Assembly: GCA_004431415.1 (NCBI GenBank)
Contig: QPMI01000239.1
Location: 48,764 to 112,763 of the forward strand
Direction of reading: 5' to 3'
Origin: Cyanophora paradoxa CCMP329
Taxonomy: Eukaryota > Plantae > Glaucophyta
Length of the DNA: 64,000 nucleotides
Made by a program: the position numbers and the translations under genes. Positions 47,616-58,485 of the stretch are shown here, one piece after another. The notes below the pieces were generated by a model that saw only the letters and a list, made by a program, of their open reading frames with translations, was not told the origin of the DNA and did not search any database. The first letter of the stretch is position 1, and each line of letters starts with the position of its first letter.

Positions 47616-48041
47616 TGCAGGCGCTTAAAGTTGAACGCGCTTCTGCCGCTCAGTGGCTTGGCCGCTTCCGGTTCAGGTCAAGCGGCCAGATGCCGCCGCT
47701 GCAGCGGGCCCATGCCTCCGCGCAGCAGCGAGGTGACGGGTGAGTACGTCTGGCGCTCGCGTGCTGGCACGTCGGGTTTGCTAACTGATGCGCTAGTCGC
47801 TAATTCGAGCGCAGGGGGTGGGCTGAATGGTGATGCAATCCAGCTATGCTGTTTGGTGTCGCTGCTACTTAGAAAGCGCGCTGCCCGTCGCACGTGCGGA
47901 AACTGGCAAGCTGGCAAAATGAAGCTGCGCACGGACGGGTACGCGTTTCACTCAAGGGCGCGAGCGCTCCGCCGAGTACGAGTAGCTGAGGCGGCTGCTG
48001 CGAGCTAGGAGGCGCCAGCAAAGCCGAGGGAGCGCGTCGAG

Positions 48042-51000
48042 ATGGGCAGCGACAGCGAGCCCGAGAGCGAGCCAGAGGAGGCCCCTTCCGAGGACGAAGG
48101 CGTGGAAGTAGCGAAGGAGGAGTCCGAAGCTGAGGCGGAGGAGGGCAGCGAGCCCGCCAGCGAAGACGAGGGAAAGTCCGGCGCAGGAGGCACTTCTGCA
48201 GGTGCTTCTTCGTACATGCACCCGCAGCGCTAGCTATGATCGGATGTGCGCTCTCTGAACGCCTACGTAGCCGAAGACTCGGAAGCGGAAGGGAATGCGA
48301 AGCTGGAGGCGCTGCTGAAGAAGGTCAAGCAGGCCGAGCTGGAAAAGGAGAAGATTTCGGTTGCCGAAGAGCTGCACCGTTACGGCAACAAGAACCGTGC
48401 GCCGCGCCCGCGTGGCCCGTCCAGGCGGTCGCATTGATGCCGCCGCAGCGGACGATCTCCCTGCTCTCGGCGCCCGCTGTGTTCCGTGGCTCCTCGAATG
48501 CATGTCAACATCCTCGCCTTCTAAGCTGCGCGCGGCTGCCGCCGGAGCCCTCTGGGTCCTCGTTGGCGATGGTCCGTGCGAATCCGCCCCGCCTGGCCCA
48601 GCAAGTCAGCCCCAGCTTCTCGCGTGCTCCCGCTTGACGATACTTCTTCTGCAGCAACGAATACGCATCGTGTTCTCGACACGCCGGGCGCGCTCAAGTC
48701 TATAGTGGAGGAGGCGATGCCGAACAAGGAGAAGAGCGAGAAGAGCTCACCACTGCTCCGCGAGAACTGCCTTGCGTGCCTAGGAAACATGTCCTTTCAC
48801 GGTCAGCTTCGCTCTGGGGCGTCGCAGCGCGTCGTGCTGAGCGGGGCGAGCGCGCAGAGTTCGCCCACCCGCGCCTGATCAAGGCCGACGCGGCGAAGTG
48901 CGTCCTGTGGCGTGCGCGCTTGCTTTTTAGGGCGCGCTGACTCGCCCGCAGGGCCCAGATCGAGGGCCTGTCCTCGCAATCGGTTTCCGTGCAGTGGCAG
49001 AGCGCGTACGGTCTCTCCAACCTTGCCGGCTCCGGTGCGGCGCGCCGCGCCGCGCTGGCACGAGCGCGAGGGTCGACGGGCGCGGGGCGCGCAGCGGCGG
49101 GGCGGGGGAAGATCCCGAACACGGTGCTGCAGCGGCTCTTCCAGATCATTCGGGGGAAGAGCACGGACAAGCGGGCCCTGGACACCAAGGTCGCCGCCCT
49201 CGGCGCCGTCAACGCCATCTCCGCCGACCGTGCGCGCCCGAGAAAGGAGAAGAAGGAAGTGCGGTCGACAAGAGATGAAATGCTGACACTGGGTTGGCCC
49301 CGGGCCGCAGAGAGCCGGCACGCCATCATCGTCAAGATCTTCCCCGACATCCTGGACTTCGTGAAGGTCCGAGCGCCGCCCGGAATGCGCCGCCATCCTG
49401 GGGGCTGGGTCCTGGGCGGGCGCCCTGACGGGGCGGGGCGCAGGACGTGCCGAAGAAGTCGAACGAGTGGCAGCAGAAGTGCGTCGACTCCATCGTCTAC
49501 ATCGGCGAGCAGTCCGGTCCGCCCGCCCCGGGCGACCCGGCGCGGCGCGCCGCCCCGGGGGCTGACGCCCCGCCGGCGGCAGACGCGTACGTGAAGGCGT
49601 GGGCGGACCGGGACGCCGTGGAGGCCCTCTTCGCCTGCCTCAAGTCCGACCCCGACATGCGCCGCGCCGCCGCCGCCGGCCTCTGCCTCTTCGCCCGCTA
49701 CGGTGACACCCGCCCCGCCTCCTCTTCCTCTTTCGCCCTCCCCCGGCCCCCCTCACGGGGCGCGTGCAGGGGACCACCACAAGCTCCTGCGGCGGCCGGA
49801 CGACTCCGGCATCTCCGTCCTCCTCAAGGTTCGACGAGACGAAGCGCCGAGCCTCGGACGCAGGGGTTCTAGTCCTCACGCTGCCCGCGCGGCGCAGGCG
49901 CTGGAGGACAAGGACTCGCAGGCGGCGAGCCTCGCCCTGCAGACCATCTGGAACCTCGCCGGCCACGGCGCGCCCCCGCCCAGCCCCGCCCCGCTCCGCC
50001 CCCTCCTGTCTTACCCCCGGGGCAGTGGAGGCGCGGAAGGTGCTGGCGCGCAAGAACGCCGTGCACGCGCTGCAGAAGCGGATCCAGAGCGCGCCGGCGG
50101 CCGACCGCCCGGCCATCATGAGCGTCCTCTGCTGCATGGCCAAGGAGGGTGCGCGGCGCCAGGCCCCGCCTCGGCGGGAGGTCGTCGCTCACAGGCGGCG
50201 CGGGGGCAGACTCGGTGCGGGAGGAGATCGAGCCGCTGGAGGTGATCCGCAAGCTGGCCAAGCACCTCGACTCGAGCGACGCGAGCCTGCGCCAGCAGGC
50301 CATCGTGGCCCTCGGCCAGCTCTCCGGCGACGGTCCGCCCGCCCGCCCGCTCCCAGCGTCCCAGCCCCGTCCCCGCCCTCGCCCCTAGCCGACGCCGTGC
50401 GCAGACGCGCTGATGGACTGGATGATCGAGGCGGGGGTCACGTCCCGCCTCGTGCAGCACATCTGCGCCGACGAGGACGAGTTCCAGGTTCGCCTCCGCC
50501 ACAAGCGCCCCGGGCCCGCCGTCCATCGCCGTGCCGCTGACCTTCGCGCCCCGCAGGAGCGCGTGATCGAGACGGTTCAGCAGGTGGCGACCTCCGTCAC
50601 CGGGGCGCAGGTCCGCGCCGCGCCGCCGCAGCGGACGTGCCGGCGGGGCGCCTCAGGGGCGGGGCGGGGCGGCAGGCGCTGCTGAAGGCGGGGGCGGTGC
50701 CGCTGCTGATGACGGCGCTGAAGACGACGAGCAGCATGTACGTGCGGCAGGTCAGCATCGGCTCCCTCATGAACATGGCCGTCGACGGTCCGCCCCGCCC
50801 CCCTCCCCGCGCCCCGCCCCGCCTCCGCCCCCCCGACGCGCCCGGCAGACGGCTGCTGCCACGAGATCAGCAGCGAGCTCGACTACGAGGTGCGATCCGC
50901 TCCCCCGGCCCCGCGGCCCCCTCCTCCTCTAAACGAGCCCGGCGGCGCAGGTGCTCATGGGCTTGACGGGCCTAAAGGACGCCCCGCCCGAGGTCCCGGA

Positions 51001-52653
51001 GTACGCCACCGGGCTCGTATGGTGCCGTGCAGCCGGCCGAGTCGAGCGGGGGCGCGCCCAGCGCGCTCACGGGCCGCGCCCGCCAGGCACGTGTCGGACC
51101 TGGAGGAGAGCCGGGAGCGGATCGCGGCGCACAAGGGCGCCGTCCCCTGCCTCCTTAAGCTCCTCGAGGTGCGCCGCGCTCGATCCCGCCCCGCCCCGCC
51201 CCGCCCCGCCCCGCGCGACCTCGTCCGGCGGGGGGCGCAGAGCGAGTCGGACGAGGTGCGGGAGAACGTGTGCGGCGCGGTGGCGAACCTCGCGACGGTG
51301 GCCTCGGCGCGGGCGGCGATCCGCAAGGGCGGGGCCATCCGGCACCTGGTGGCGGCGATGCGGAGCGAGGGGTACGAGGTGTCGCGGCAGGGGCACCTCG
51401 CGCTGCAGCGCCTCTGGGAGGACGAGGCCTGCCGCAAGGAGATCGAGGCGGTGGGGAGGGAGGAGGGCGGCGAGGGCGCCCTCGCCAAGCGCATCGCCGA
51501 GCCCGTGCCCCCGGCCCGCGACGCCGCCAGGAAGGAGAAGGCCAAGGAGGAGGAGCGCAGGGGCAGGGAGGCAAAGGAGGCCGATGCGGGGGGTGAGGAG
51601 AAGCCCCCCAGGGAGGAGAAGAAGAAGGAGAAGAAGAAGAAGGCGCGCCGCGCCCCTCGCCCCGGCGGCGTCCGCGGCGCCGGCTGAGGCCGCGCGCCCC
51701 GCGCAGAAGAAGGAGAAGAAGAAGGAGGAGACGAGCAGCGAGGAGGAAGAGCCGGCCCAGCGGCGGCGCTCCTCGGCCGCCGCCTCACCCTCGGCCGCCG
51801 CCGCCGCCCCGTCGCCGCCCAAGGAGCGGGACTCGGAGGGGGCGCAGCGGGAGGGAGGGGGCACGCCGAACGGCCCCGCGCACGTGCGGCGGCGCGAGAT
51901 CGCCGCCGCGCACGCCGCGGGCGGCGCCGCCCTCGTCCCCATCGAGCTCTCCCGCGAGGCCGCGGTGCCGCCCTCGCCTCCCCTCGCCTCCCCCCTGCCC
52001 GCCCCGCTCAGGCGGGCCGGCGGGCAGGCGGCGCTGGAGCGGGTGAAGTACCGGATGAAGATGAACGCCTCCATGGCCCTCCTCGCCCTCATCTCCTGCT
52101 GGGAGAAGGTCCCCCCCGCCCGCCCCCTCTCCCCCCCGCCTCGCGTCGTCCCCCCGAGCTCGCGCCTCGGGGGCCCAGCGGGAGCGGGTACAGCGGAACT
52201 CGGCGGCGGCGGCGACGGCCTTCGTGGCGGCGGCGACGCGCAAGAAGCGGCGCGGCGAGTCCGACGAGGAGGACGAGGAGGAGTGGGGGCCCCCGCGCCG
52301 CCCCGTGCGCCCCGGTGCCATCCCCTCTCCGCCCGCCCGCTCTGATCCTGCTGCGCCAGGAGGGGCGGGGCCGGGAGCGGGAGCGGGAGAGCTGGGAGCG
52401 GGAGCGGGAGCGGCGCGGGGGGTCGGAGGACGGAAGGAAGCCCAAGCGACGGAGGGAGGGCGAGCCTCTGCCCGCGGCCCCCGCCCCGCCCCTCCTCCTC
52501 AAGATCAAGCTCCAGCCCAACCCCGCCCTCATCGTGCGCCCCTCCGCCCCGCCTCTCCGCTACCCCTTCTTTTTTTCCTGCGCCTGCTCTACCCCGCTGC
52601 GAGGGCCTCGGCCCCGCGAGCCGCGGACTTACACGGGCGCTAGAGGAACCTAG
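48042..52653 (+). CDS. Armadillo-repeat protein with acidic N-terminus and Lys/Glu-rich C-terminus; multi-exon
   Basis: ARM helices LRAAAAGALWVL, LRENCLACLGNMS, QWQSAYGLSNLA, AASLALQTIWNLA, GAVPLLMTALK, GAVPCLLKLL, VRENVCGAVANLA, GAIRHLVAAM. 3' end uncertain. Confidence 0.82.
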
Positions 52654-52780
52654 GGAATCTCAAGCGGCGCGGGCCCTTCCCATGCCCGCCTCGTGATCTA
52701 GCCCCTCACATTTTTCCGCTAGCTGAATTCCCTATCGCTCCTGTTTCGCGACACGGGTTCTCACACGGGGCGTCGTGCAG

Positions 52781-53380
52781 GGCCGACCGCGATCCGTGCC
52801 CGGCATGCCGAATGGGACGGCTGCCAACCCCCCGGGGGCCCTGCTCGGCCCCGGGGCGCCCCTTGCCCCCGGGGCGCCCCCTCCCCGCATCTCTCCCCCC
52901 TTCGGGCCGCCGGGCCCCGGCCGCGGCCCGCCGCGCTTCCGCACGGCGCGGGCCCCCTTCAACTACCCCTTCGTCAACCACGCGGCGGAGGCGCACGCGG
53001 CGCCGGCGGCGCACGCACCGCCCGAGCCGCGCTTCCTGCACGCGCCCCCCGACCTCCAGCTCGTCCCGCCCCCGATGCCCCACCCGCCGCACCCGGAGGC
53101 GGCGCACCACGCGCCCCACGCGCACCTCCACCACGCCCCCGCCTTCCCCGGGCCCCCCCACTCCTACCCCGCCGACCACCCGATGCCCGACGCGTCGGCG
53201 GCCGGGGCAGAGGGCCACGGGCACGGCCACGGCCATGGGCAGGGGCAGGGGCAGGGGGCGCCGCAGCAGCCGACGCCGCAGCACGGGCACCACGTCTCGC
53301 ACTTCGGCGCGGAGGAGCACGAGGAGGCCGCCGCCCCCCAGTCCTCCGACGACTTCCTCCGCCAACTCGCCGGCGCATGA
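52781..53380 (+). CDS. Pro/His-rich low-complexity coding segment (stand-alone gene from ATG ~52805, or terminal exon)
   Basis: Open frame with strong GC3 bias; HPPHPEAAHHAPHAHLHH and GHGHGHGHG; preceded by a GTGCAG acceptor-like site. Confidence 0.6.
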   Translation, partial: GRPRSVPGMPNGTAANPPGALLGPGAPLAPGAPPPRISPPFGPPGPGRGPPRFRTARAPFNYPFVNHAAEAHAAPAAHAPPEPRFLHAPPDLQLVPPPMPHPPHPEAAHHAPHAHLHHAPAFPGPPHSYPADHPMPDASAAGAEGHGHGHGHGQGQGQGAPQQPTPQHGHHVSHFGAEEHEEAAAPQSSDDFLRQLAGA

Positions 53381-53513
53381 CCCGCACCGCCCCGCCCCGC
53401 CCCGCCCCGCCCCGTCCCGCCCCCGGGCCCGCCTTGCCACGCACACCCCTCTGCCCGCCCGATTCCCTCCCCTCGTCAACCTTCACTCTGATTCAACAAG
53501 ACACATCACCAAT

Positions 53514-55024
53514 TTAATCCGCGGGGCGCGGGGGCGCGGATGCATGCCCAGGGCCCCCGCACGTGTGCTGCGGCCACGAGTGCGAGTCGCCTTCGGGTGC
53601 CGCGCCGGGATCCTCATCGGCGCCCGCGCCCGGGTCCGAGTACGTGCGGTCGGAGAGCAGATCCGCGACGGTCAGCCGCCGCCGCGGCGCGGCCTCCTGC
53701 GGCGGCTGCTGCTGCTGCTGCGGCGACGGCGGCGGCGGATCGTGCACGGGCGCCGCCTGCTCGTCCTCGGCGTCCCCGTGCGAGCGCCGCGCCCTCTCCG
53801 GGATGGGCGGGAGCCTCCTGCACACTTTGCAGCGCTGGATCGCCTGCACCGCCGCCCGCCGTCAGAAGAGAAGGGGAAGGGGAGGGAACACGAAGGGCCG
53901 CACATCCCAGCTCGCCATGCTGTGGACCCTCTCGTACGGGGAGAAGGCATTGGCTCGGTCGAACCGGTTCCCGTGCGGGTGGAACTGCAGTCGAGGGTGA
54001 GGACGGGGCTGGAAGCAGAACGGCGGTGCGGGCAGAGGGGCCGACCATGTCGTAGAAGTCGACGGGGGCGCCGGGGCGGCGGCCGTCGGGGTCCCACGAG
54101 GAGCGGCCCAGGGCGGCCTCGATGAGGATGCGGAGGCCGGCGATCTGGCGGTGGACCAGCCAGTGGCTCGAGGGGCCCCTCGTCGACATCAGCCGGCACT
54201 GCACCTCCCCCAGCCACCTGCCCCCCGCGCGAGGACATCGGCCGAGGCCGCGAGCGCGTCCGCGTGCGAGGCCCTGCGCATGCGCGACGCCGAGGGCGCA
54301 CCACATGGGCGCGAGGAGATCGCGAGGGGCGCGGAGGCGCTGGCGGGCCCAGTACGTGCGGCGCCGCGAGGAGAGGAGCCAGGCGGCGTCGTCAACTTGC
54401 GCGGCCGGCGCTCCGTCCCGCCAGAGCGCCTGCCACACAAGCCGGGCGTAGGCGGCGTCGCACGGGTTGCCGTTCTCCGCGCGCTCGAGGTACTCGAAGT
54501 GCCGGACGATCGTGTCCTGTCGCGGGTCGCTCGCGCGCGGGGGCGGGGACGCGGCGGCATTCATCACCTGGCGGGCCGAGAGTCTGCAGTGCCGCACACA
54601 GCACTCGTCCTCGAGGAGGCAGCTGTACGCCAGCTCTCCGATGATATAGAAGATACAAGCGAAGCACTCGGGCGTGTATCTCTGCGGGGCGCCGTGGGCA
54701 TAGCGCTTAGCTTGGGCATATTTATGCATGCGCTTAGCTTGGGCATATTTATGCATGCACCCACTCAAAAGCTCCGTCCTTCGTCCTGCAGGTAATATGA
54801 CGCGTGTATTTTCCTACCGACGCCTGATGGTGGTTCTCGACTGTGAGCATTGGTGTGACCTGGGCGGCCAGCTCCAGCACGCCGTTCCGCTTACTGATTT
54901 CTTCGGCAGCCAACCGGTTCCAGCTGCGCGACACACGTATTGCCGCCGACTCCAACCCGTTCAGGGAGAGGTGGCTCAGCACGGCCCGCAAAAGCTCGTC
55001 CGGGAGAATGCTCACGTCAGCCAT
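53514..55024 (-). CDS. F-box protein; multi-exon
   Basis: N-terminal ILPDELLRAVLSHLSLNGLESAAIRVSRSWNRLA is a canonical F-box; the downstream region is unrecognised. Confidence 0.8.
54704..54758. repeat. 2 x 27 bp tandem duplication, probably intronic
   Basis: cgcttagcttgggcatatttatgcatg at 54704 and 54731. Confidence 0.9.
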
Positions 55025-55067
55025 GGCGCCGGCCAGACAGGCTAGCTGCCAGTAGCTGGCCAGATAG

Positions 55068-57319
55068 ATGCAACAACGTCGCGCTAGGCGCGACGCTGCT
55101 CTGAGCGGTTGGGGACCCCTGCGACGACAGTACCCCGCTGCTTCCCGCGCGAACTCCGCCGAGCGAAACCAGCGAGAGCAGACGCACGCAGCGCATCGAT
55201 GCGATCTGCCTTCTTTCCGGGGGATGATCCCGAACCCGCCAGGAGGAGGCCGAGGTGCGACGCGCGTGGCCGCGCGGCCGAACGACGCCCGCTGACCGCG
55301 ACGTAGCCCCTCGCGCATCCCGAAACCAGTGTCCAAGCCGAAGAGGACGACGGCGGTCGCCCCGGCCACCGTCGCTCGCAAAACTCTTTCGCGGTTAGCT
55401 CGTCCTCCCTCGCCGCGCCGCCGCGTGTCGTCGAGTGCCAACGGCGAGCAGGCCTATCAAGAATTACTCTGACCTGATCGAGCTGCTTCCGGAGGAGCCG
55501 CGGAAGGGCACCCTTGCCGCCGCGTTTGCAGCGTGGGACGCCGGCGAGGATGAGGACGTGCCGAGCTCCTCGCCGCCCCCGGTGCCGATCCCGCGCGCTG
55601 CATGCGAGGAGGCTGCGCCCCCTGCACGGGAAAGGTTGCGGCAGTCCGCCTCTGGGGCAGCCGTGCACCGCGCCGAGCCGGCTCCGCATCTCAAACCCGA
55701 GCCAGCGCCTCTCCAGCGATCGCAGAGCCCAGATCTGTCTCGCGTGACGCCCGCGGAGGCTCGCCAGCCCGCCGCGCCCCAACGCAGCCAGCGGAGCGCG
55801 GAATCGATTGCCGCGGCGGCGGCAGCCCTTGCGGACACGTACCCAGCCCCCGTCCGCCGCTCGCACACCGTACCCGACAGCTTCCCATCATACCCTCCTT
55901 CCCTGGCCTCCTCCCTATCCCTCCCGCCCTTTGCTTCGGCGAAGCGCGCCCCTTCGGGCCCGGCGAGCGTCGCGGGGGCGGCGCACCCGCACCCGCACCC
56001 GTACCCACAGGCGGCGGTGCCGGTTCCGGCGGGTATGGCGTGGCCCTGGATGCAGTGGTGTGCCCCGCCAATGGCCAAGGCGGGCCGGGGGTACGTCCTC
56101 GTCAACCCCTTCCAGTTTGTCCCACCGGGGGCCCACCCGGCCTACGCCTACGCCGCCCAGCACGTGCTGCCCCCTGGCGCCTTCCCCGTCCATCCGGCCG
56201 GGCAGCGGACCGCCGCGTGGCCGCACCAGCCGCCGTCCCAGCCGCAGGTGCAGCCCCAGGCGCAGGCGCGGGGTGCGGCGCGGAGGCGGGAGGAGCACGG
56301 GCGGCGGTCGTGCGCGGCGGTGAACACGAGCACGGAGGGGGAGGCCCTCCCGCAGCGGCGGGACGCTTGCGTCGGGACCAGCTTCACCTTCCCCGCCGGC
56401 GCCTTCGCCGCCGCCCTCAAGCAGAGCGTGGACGCCGCGTGCCAGCCGACGCCCCGCGGCGCCGCACCCGCAGAGCCCCCGCAGCCGGCGCCCGCCAGGG
56501 AGGAGCTTCCCAGGGACGAGGCGCCCGGGGCGGAGGACGGGGGCCGGTTGGGGGGCTACGAGGCGGAGCGGCGGCCGGAGGCGGAGCTGGCGGACGTAGA
56601 TGAGGAGGACGGGGACGAGGAGGGCGAGGAGGAGCGGCGGCGGGCGCTCGCGGCGGCGCGTGAGGAGTCGATCCGCGCGCTTCGGGCCGCCCTCGCGGCC
56701 GGCGCCGGCGTCCCCCGTCGGCGGCCAGGGCCCGGAGCCGCCTCCGGGGGCCTACGAGCCGCCCGTCCTCGCCCCCGCCCCCGCAGAGGAGCCGGCGGCG
56801 CCGGCGAGCGCCCCCTTCTCGCCGAGCCGCTCGGCCCCGGCGAGCCGCTCCTCGGCGGCCTTCCCCGCCTCGCGCGAGCCGGCGAGCCCGGCGCCCGCCC
56901 CGCGGCCGCCGCCCTCGGAGGATCCGCCCTCGCCGACCATCGACGAGAGCGTCGCGGCGGCCGCGCTGGCGCGCCCGCCGGCGCTGCGCTCCTGCCCGCG
57001 GCGGGCGCCGGCGGCGGCGGAGGCGCGGGCGGCGGCATGGGGCCCGCCGTCGAAGGGCCGCGGGGCCGCCCTCGAGGTCCCCCGCATCCGCTACGTGCCC
57101 CTCTCCGACGACGACGACGACTCCGGCGCCGGCAGCGGCGGCGAGGAGGGGCCGGCGGCGGCCCTCGCGGCGCCCCAGTGGGCGATGCGGCGGCACCGGG
57201 GGGAGGCGGGGCGGGGCTGGCAGCCGGCCTCGCGCCTCTGCTCCGACCCCCGCTTCGCCGCGGACGACGAGGACGAGGACGGCCTCCTCTCCGTCCGCCT
57301 CACCGTCCCCACCCGTTAG
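55068..57319 (+). CDS. Pro/Ala-rich, largely disordered hypothetical protein; multi-exon
   Basis: Long exon RPIKNYSDLIELLPEE... and terminal exon ...DEDEDGLLSVRLTVPTR-stop. Start uncertain (about 55068 or 55199). Confidence 0.55.
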
Positions 57320-57511
57320 CCCCGTCCCGGTCGCGGCGCCCGCCCCGCCCGCCGGCCTCTCTAGCAGTCTTTAAAGATCGCCTCTGCTGTGCGCGGCCGG
57401 CGCTCGGGGGCTCGCTTGCCTTGCGCACTGGGGAAATCCAGATGCGAGCTTTCCTGGTTTCTAAACTTCTACTCTGAACTACTAAAAGAAGAGAGAGGAC
57501 GAGGGGCAATA

Positions 57512-58425
57512 CTATATGAGCGGCTTTTTCCCCGCTGCGGGCGCAGCGGGAGCGGCGGGTGCGGCGGCCGGCTCGGCGGGTTTGGAAGTGGGGGGCTTGA
57601 AGACGGGCCCGAGCTTGGAGTAGCAGTACTTGCGCTCGTCGATGTAGCCGTTCTCGTGGACGACGCTCTTCCCGTTCGTGCGGCACTTGAGCGCGCAGAA
57701 GTCGAACGTCTCCTTGATCCCCTTGAAGAGGGTCCCCTTCCCCAGCGAGTCCCACACGCCCGATATGCTCTCTTTCTGCTGGCGCCCGTCAGGCGCCGCG
57801 GGCGGGGACTGGTTCCGGGGCGCGCAGGGCGGAGCGCACGTTCTCGGGTTTTTGGCAGCACGATACGCAGACCTCGTAGATGTCGCAGCAGCCATCGGCG
57901 CAGCCTTTGCAGGTGTGCTTATCAAAAGCGGGCGTCTCCTGGCAGCATTCGGAGCGGCCCCAGTCCACATCCTCGCGATTGCAGACGCGACCTGCCGGAA
58001 GCAGTCAATATGCGCATTCAATCAGCAGCGGCGGGGGCGGCGCGCGGCGAGCACGGGTTGGTGGGCGCTCTGAAAGCTCTGTGGGAGATCTGGGGTGGCG
58101 CGGGCAGCGCACCCCGGTCGTCCGCTATGTACAGCTGACCCTGCATCGTGTTCTTGCAGTGCCCGTCGATGGGGGAGCTCGTTTTCCGCTTCCCCGGGTT
58201 CGCTGGCTTCGCCGCCGCCGCTGCGCTCGCGGTCTCCCCCGCCTTGACTCCTATCCGCCCGCTAAGCTCGCCCGTCGCTTCCCCAGCGCTGAAGGGGCTG
58301 CCCGCGCGCTGCGAGCTGACGCTGTCGAGGTCCAGCACCGACGCGTAGTACATCAGACCAACGAGGAGGACGAAGAGCAGCAGCGCGAGCCTTCGCCATC
58401 GCCTCACGGCGGCGAGGGCGAGCAT
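57512..58425 (-). CDS. SPRING1: SPRING1/C12orf49 (UPF0454) homolog, type II Golgi membrane Cys-rich protein; three exons
   Basis: TM anchor; CKNTMQGQLYIADDR/GRICNREDV...CC...CKGC..GCCDIYEVCVSCCQKP/...FDFCALKCRTNGKSVVHENGY...KYCY. Confidence 0.9.
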
Positions 58426-58485
58426 CGAGCTCGCTGGCGTTTACTGTGTACCCCCGACAAGCGGGGGTAGGCGCTCCTTAGTGGA
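58426..58485. promoter_or_regulatory. 60 bp divergent spacer (SPRING1/GCN1) containing GTACCCC
   Basis: Opposing ATGs at 58425 and 58486; motif at 58448-58455. Confidence 0.55.

Noticed and set aside
52025-52200. LERVKYR...LISCWEK/RERVQR resembling the EPC/BRPF coiled-coil motif
   Set aside because: Similarity is too weak and no PHD or EPC N-terminal domain is present.
54700-54768. Peptide repeat MHKYAQAKR x2 in the ORF track
   Set aside because: It lies between a GTGCAT donor-like site and a CCGCAG acceptor; most likely an intronic 27 bp duplication.
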